Under the pieces are notes generated by a model. That model searched no databases. It was not told the DNA's origin and saw only the letters and a list, made by a program, of their open reading frames with translations. A stretch of 61,679 nt of DNA from Gemmatimonadota bacterium (lineage in GTDB: Bacteria > Gemmatimonadota > Gemmatimonadetes > Gemmatimonadales > GWC2-71-9): contig JAZDCY010000069.1 of the NCBI GenBank assembly GCA_036679645.1, forward strand, positions 1 to 61,679, read 5' to 3'. Positions 60,119-61,679 of this stretch are shown in pieces. How positions within the stretch are numbered: position 1 is the stretch's first letter; the number at the start of each line of letters is the position of its first letter. A program made the position numbers and the translations under genes.

Positions 60119-61150
60119 TCAGAGACTGCCGCGGTCGTCGGGCGGCCCGTCTGCTTCCCCTTGGCGGAGCTGTCCCAGCGTCATGCCTGCCCGCCATAGC
60201 GAATACAGGCCCAGCAGCGTGATCGGGATGAAGCCACCTATGTGATAGCCGATGGCGTACGAGACCGCCTTGCCTGCCGGGATGCCGTACAGCGCGAGGG
60301 CTGCCCGGGCCGCCCCCTCGAACACGCCGAAGAACCCCGGTGAGGATGGAACGGCGACGCCAAAGGCAATGATGCTCTGTAGCAGCAGCGCGGCCGGCCA
60401 CGACGCGTCGATCCCAAAAGCCTGGAATCCGAGCCAGAACGCCAGCCCGCCCACGGCCCAGACGGCGACCGACCAGAACAGCACGGCGGCGAACCTGCCG
60501 GGCGTGCCGAGCGCCGATAGACCATCGACCATCCCGGCAAGGAAGTCCGTGATTCGGTTGGCAATCCGATGGGGCAGTGCGAAAGCCAACATGCGCTGGG
60601 CTGTTCGCAGCATGAGCTGCGGCCACCGGACCACGGCGAGCGACACGAGGAGCAGGGCGCCGAACAGGCCGCCGCCGACGGTGGCCAGTTGGTTCACACT
60701 CACGCCGCCCACGGTCGCGTTGCGGTCGAACCCGCCGGCGAACGCGCCCACAGCCAGAAAAGCAACCAGTGTCACGCCATCGAGGATGCGCTCGACCGCG
60801 ATCGACGCGAACGCTGTCGAGAAGCGGACACCGGTCAGGCGGCGCACCGCGTAGGCGCGTGCGAACTCGCCGGCCCGCGCGGGAAGGACGTTGTTGGCCA
60901 TGAAACCGATAGCGACGGCGTGCCAGAGCGGCGCATAGGGTAGCGCCGCTCCCTCGAAATGGAGCAGATGGCGCCAGCGCACGACCCGCAGCGGGAACGT
61001 GAGCGTCGCCGCGGTGATGGCGGCGATAAACCACAGCGGGCGGGCGTTTCGGATGTGTTGGAACACCTCCGCGAACTCGACGTCGTGCAACGCCCACCAG
61101 AGCAGCAGGAGGGTGATGACGAGGCCAATGGCCCCGATCCAGCCGACGCG
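60119..61150 (-). CDS. lysylphosphatidylglycerol synthase-like TM (UPF0104) flippase
   Basis: RW..L, NNVLPARAGE, ERILD, PSSPGFFGVFE; true start uncertain (first TM lies upstream of TTG 61090). Confidence 0.88.
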   Translation of the reverse strand, partial: RVGWIGAIGLVITLLLLWWALHDVEFAEVFQHIRNARPLWFIAAITAATLTFPLRVVRWRHLLHFEGAALPYAPLWHAVAIGFMANNVLPARAGEFARAYAVRRLTGVRFSTAFASIAVERILDGVTLVAFLAVGAFAGGFDRNATVGGVSVNQLATVGGGLFGALLLVSLAVVRWPQLMLRTAQRMLAFALPHRIANRITDFLAGMVDGLSALGTPGRFAAVLFWSVAVWAVGGLAFWLGFQAFGIDASWPAALLLQSIIAFGVAVPSSPGFFGVFEGAARAALALYGIPAGKAVSYAIGYHIGGFIPITLLGLYSLWRAGMTLGQLRQGEADGPPDDRGSL

Positions 61151-61154
61151 CGGC

Positions 61155-61679
61155 CTAACTGCTTTCTGGGAGGCCGATTTTGACGAGATCGAAGATCTCC
61201 TCGACCAGGTCGGTCGCAGTGGGTGCTCCCGCGGCGACAGCCGCCTGCACTACCTCTTGCAGGCTCATGGCGCGCGCCAGGGCGTCACCCGGGCTGTAGA
61301 CGAGGTCCGTGATCGGGACGAGGTCCTCCTCCACCGGCGGCGCGGGGGCGGGCGCGGGCGTCACCGAGGCTGCGGCTGCGCCCGGATCTACCGGTGGCCC
61401 GCCGAGCAGCTCGTCTAGCGATGGCGCAGCAAGACCCAGGCTCTCCGAGTACCGATGGAGTCTCTGAAAACTTCCCGTGAGATCGGCTCCTTCGGCGCCT
61501 GCGGGCGGTGCGGCGGGCGCGGCTGCCGTTGCCGGTGCGGCCGTCGCTGGGCCTGACGGCGCTGGCGACGTGTCAGCGGGAATCGGCTCCGGGACTGGCG
61601 CAGGTGCAGGTGCAGGTGCCGCCTCGATGGCCGGAGCGATCGACGGTGTTGGCGCGGCGGGCGGCGGGGGCGGGGGCGG
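61155..61679 (-). CDS. C-terminal part of a Pro/Ala-rich hypothetical protein
   Basis: Frame open to the window edge; ends VPITDLVY..LVEEIFDLVKIG. Confidence 0.7.
   Translation of the reverse strand, partial: PPPPPPPAAPTPSIAPAIEAAPAPAPAPVPEPIPADTSPAPSGPATAAPATAAAPAAPPAGAEGADLTGSFQRLHRYSESLGLAAPSLDELLGGPPVDPGAAAASVTPAPAPAPPVEEDLVPITDLVYSPGDALARAMSLQEVVQAAVAAGAPTATDLVEEIFDLVKIGLPESS

Overview
High-GC bacterial chromosomal segment; gene content and order suggest Gemmatimonadota (inference, not checked by search). About 55 CDS and one tRNA-Gln(UUG). (1) 1-3690: a decayed accessory patch with RHS/YD-repeat fragments, three toxin-antitoxin modules (MNT-HEPN, DUF3018-PemK/MazF, HEPN-MNT) and stubs of IS256- and IS21-like ends. 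(2) 3551-10353, minus strand: a tightly coupled operon crp - MBL hydrolase - CsgG-like - mlaE - mlaF-like - mlaD - GAF/HD-GYP. The MlaF-like subunit has lost every ABC-ATPase catalytic motif. This is the best candidate for an undescribed system: an MCE complex apparently repurposed for cyclic-nucleotide signalling. (3) Housekeeping run rpmE-prfA-prmC-ylbF-tmk-ctpA; prmC carries two in-frame palindromic repeat insertions. (4) A 460-bp REP-like mosaic array and accessory hydrolase, TonB receptor, ECF sigma and VPS10 genes. (5) A long minus-strand run from ispE/tRNA-Gln/prs/rplY/pth/hppA through rpsF-rpsR-DUF2232-rplI-DAK2/DegV-rsfS-Omp85-SPOR-SPOR-smc-S8-MBL-aroF-lolA. Several families of REP-like and short-period inverted repeats recur, and several genes appear to start at ACG or CTG. 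All calls come from reading motifs by eye; no searches were run.
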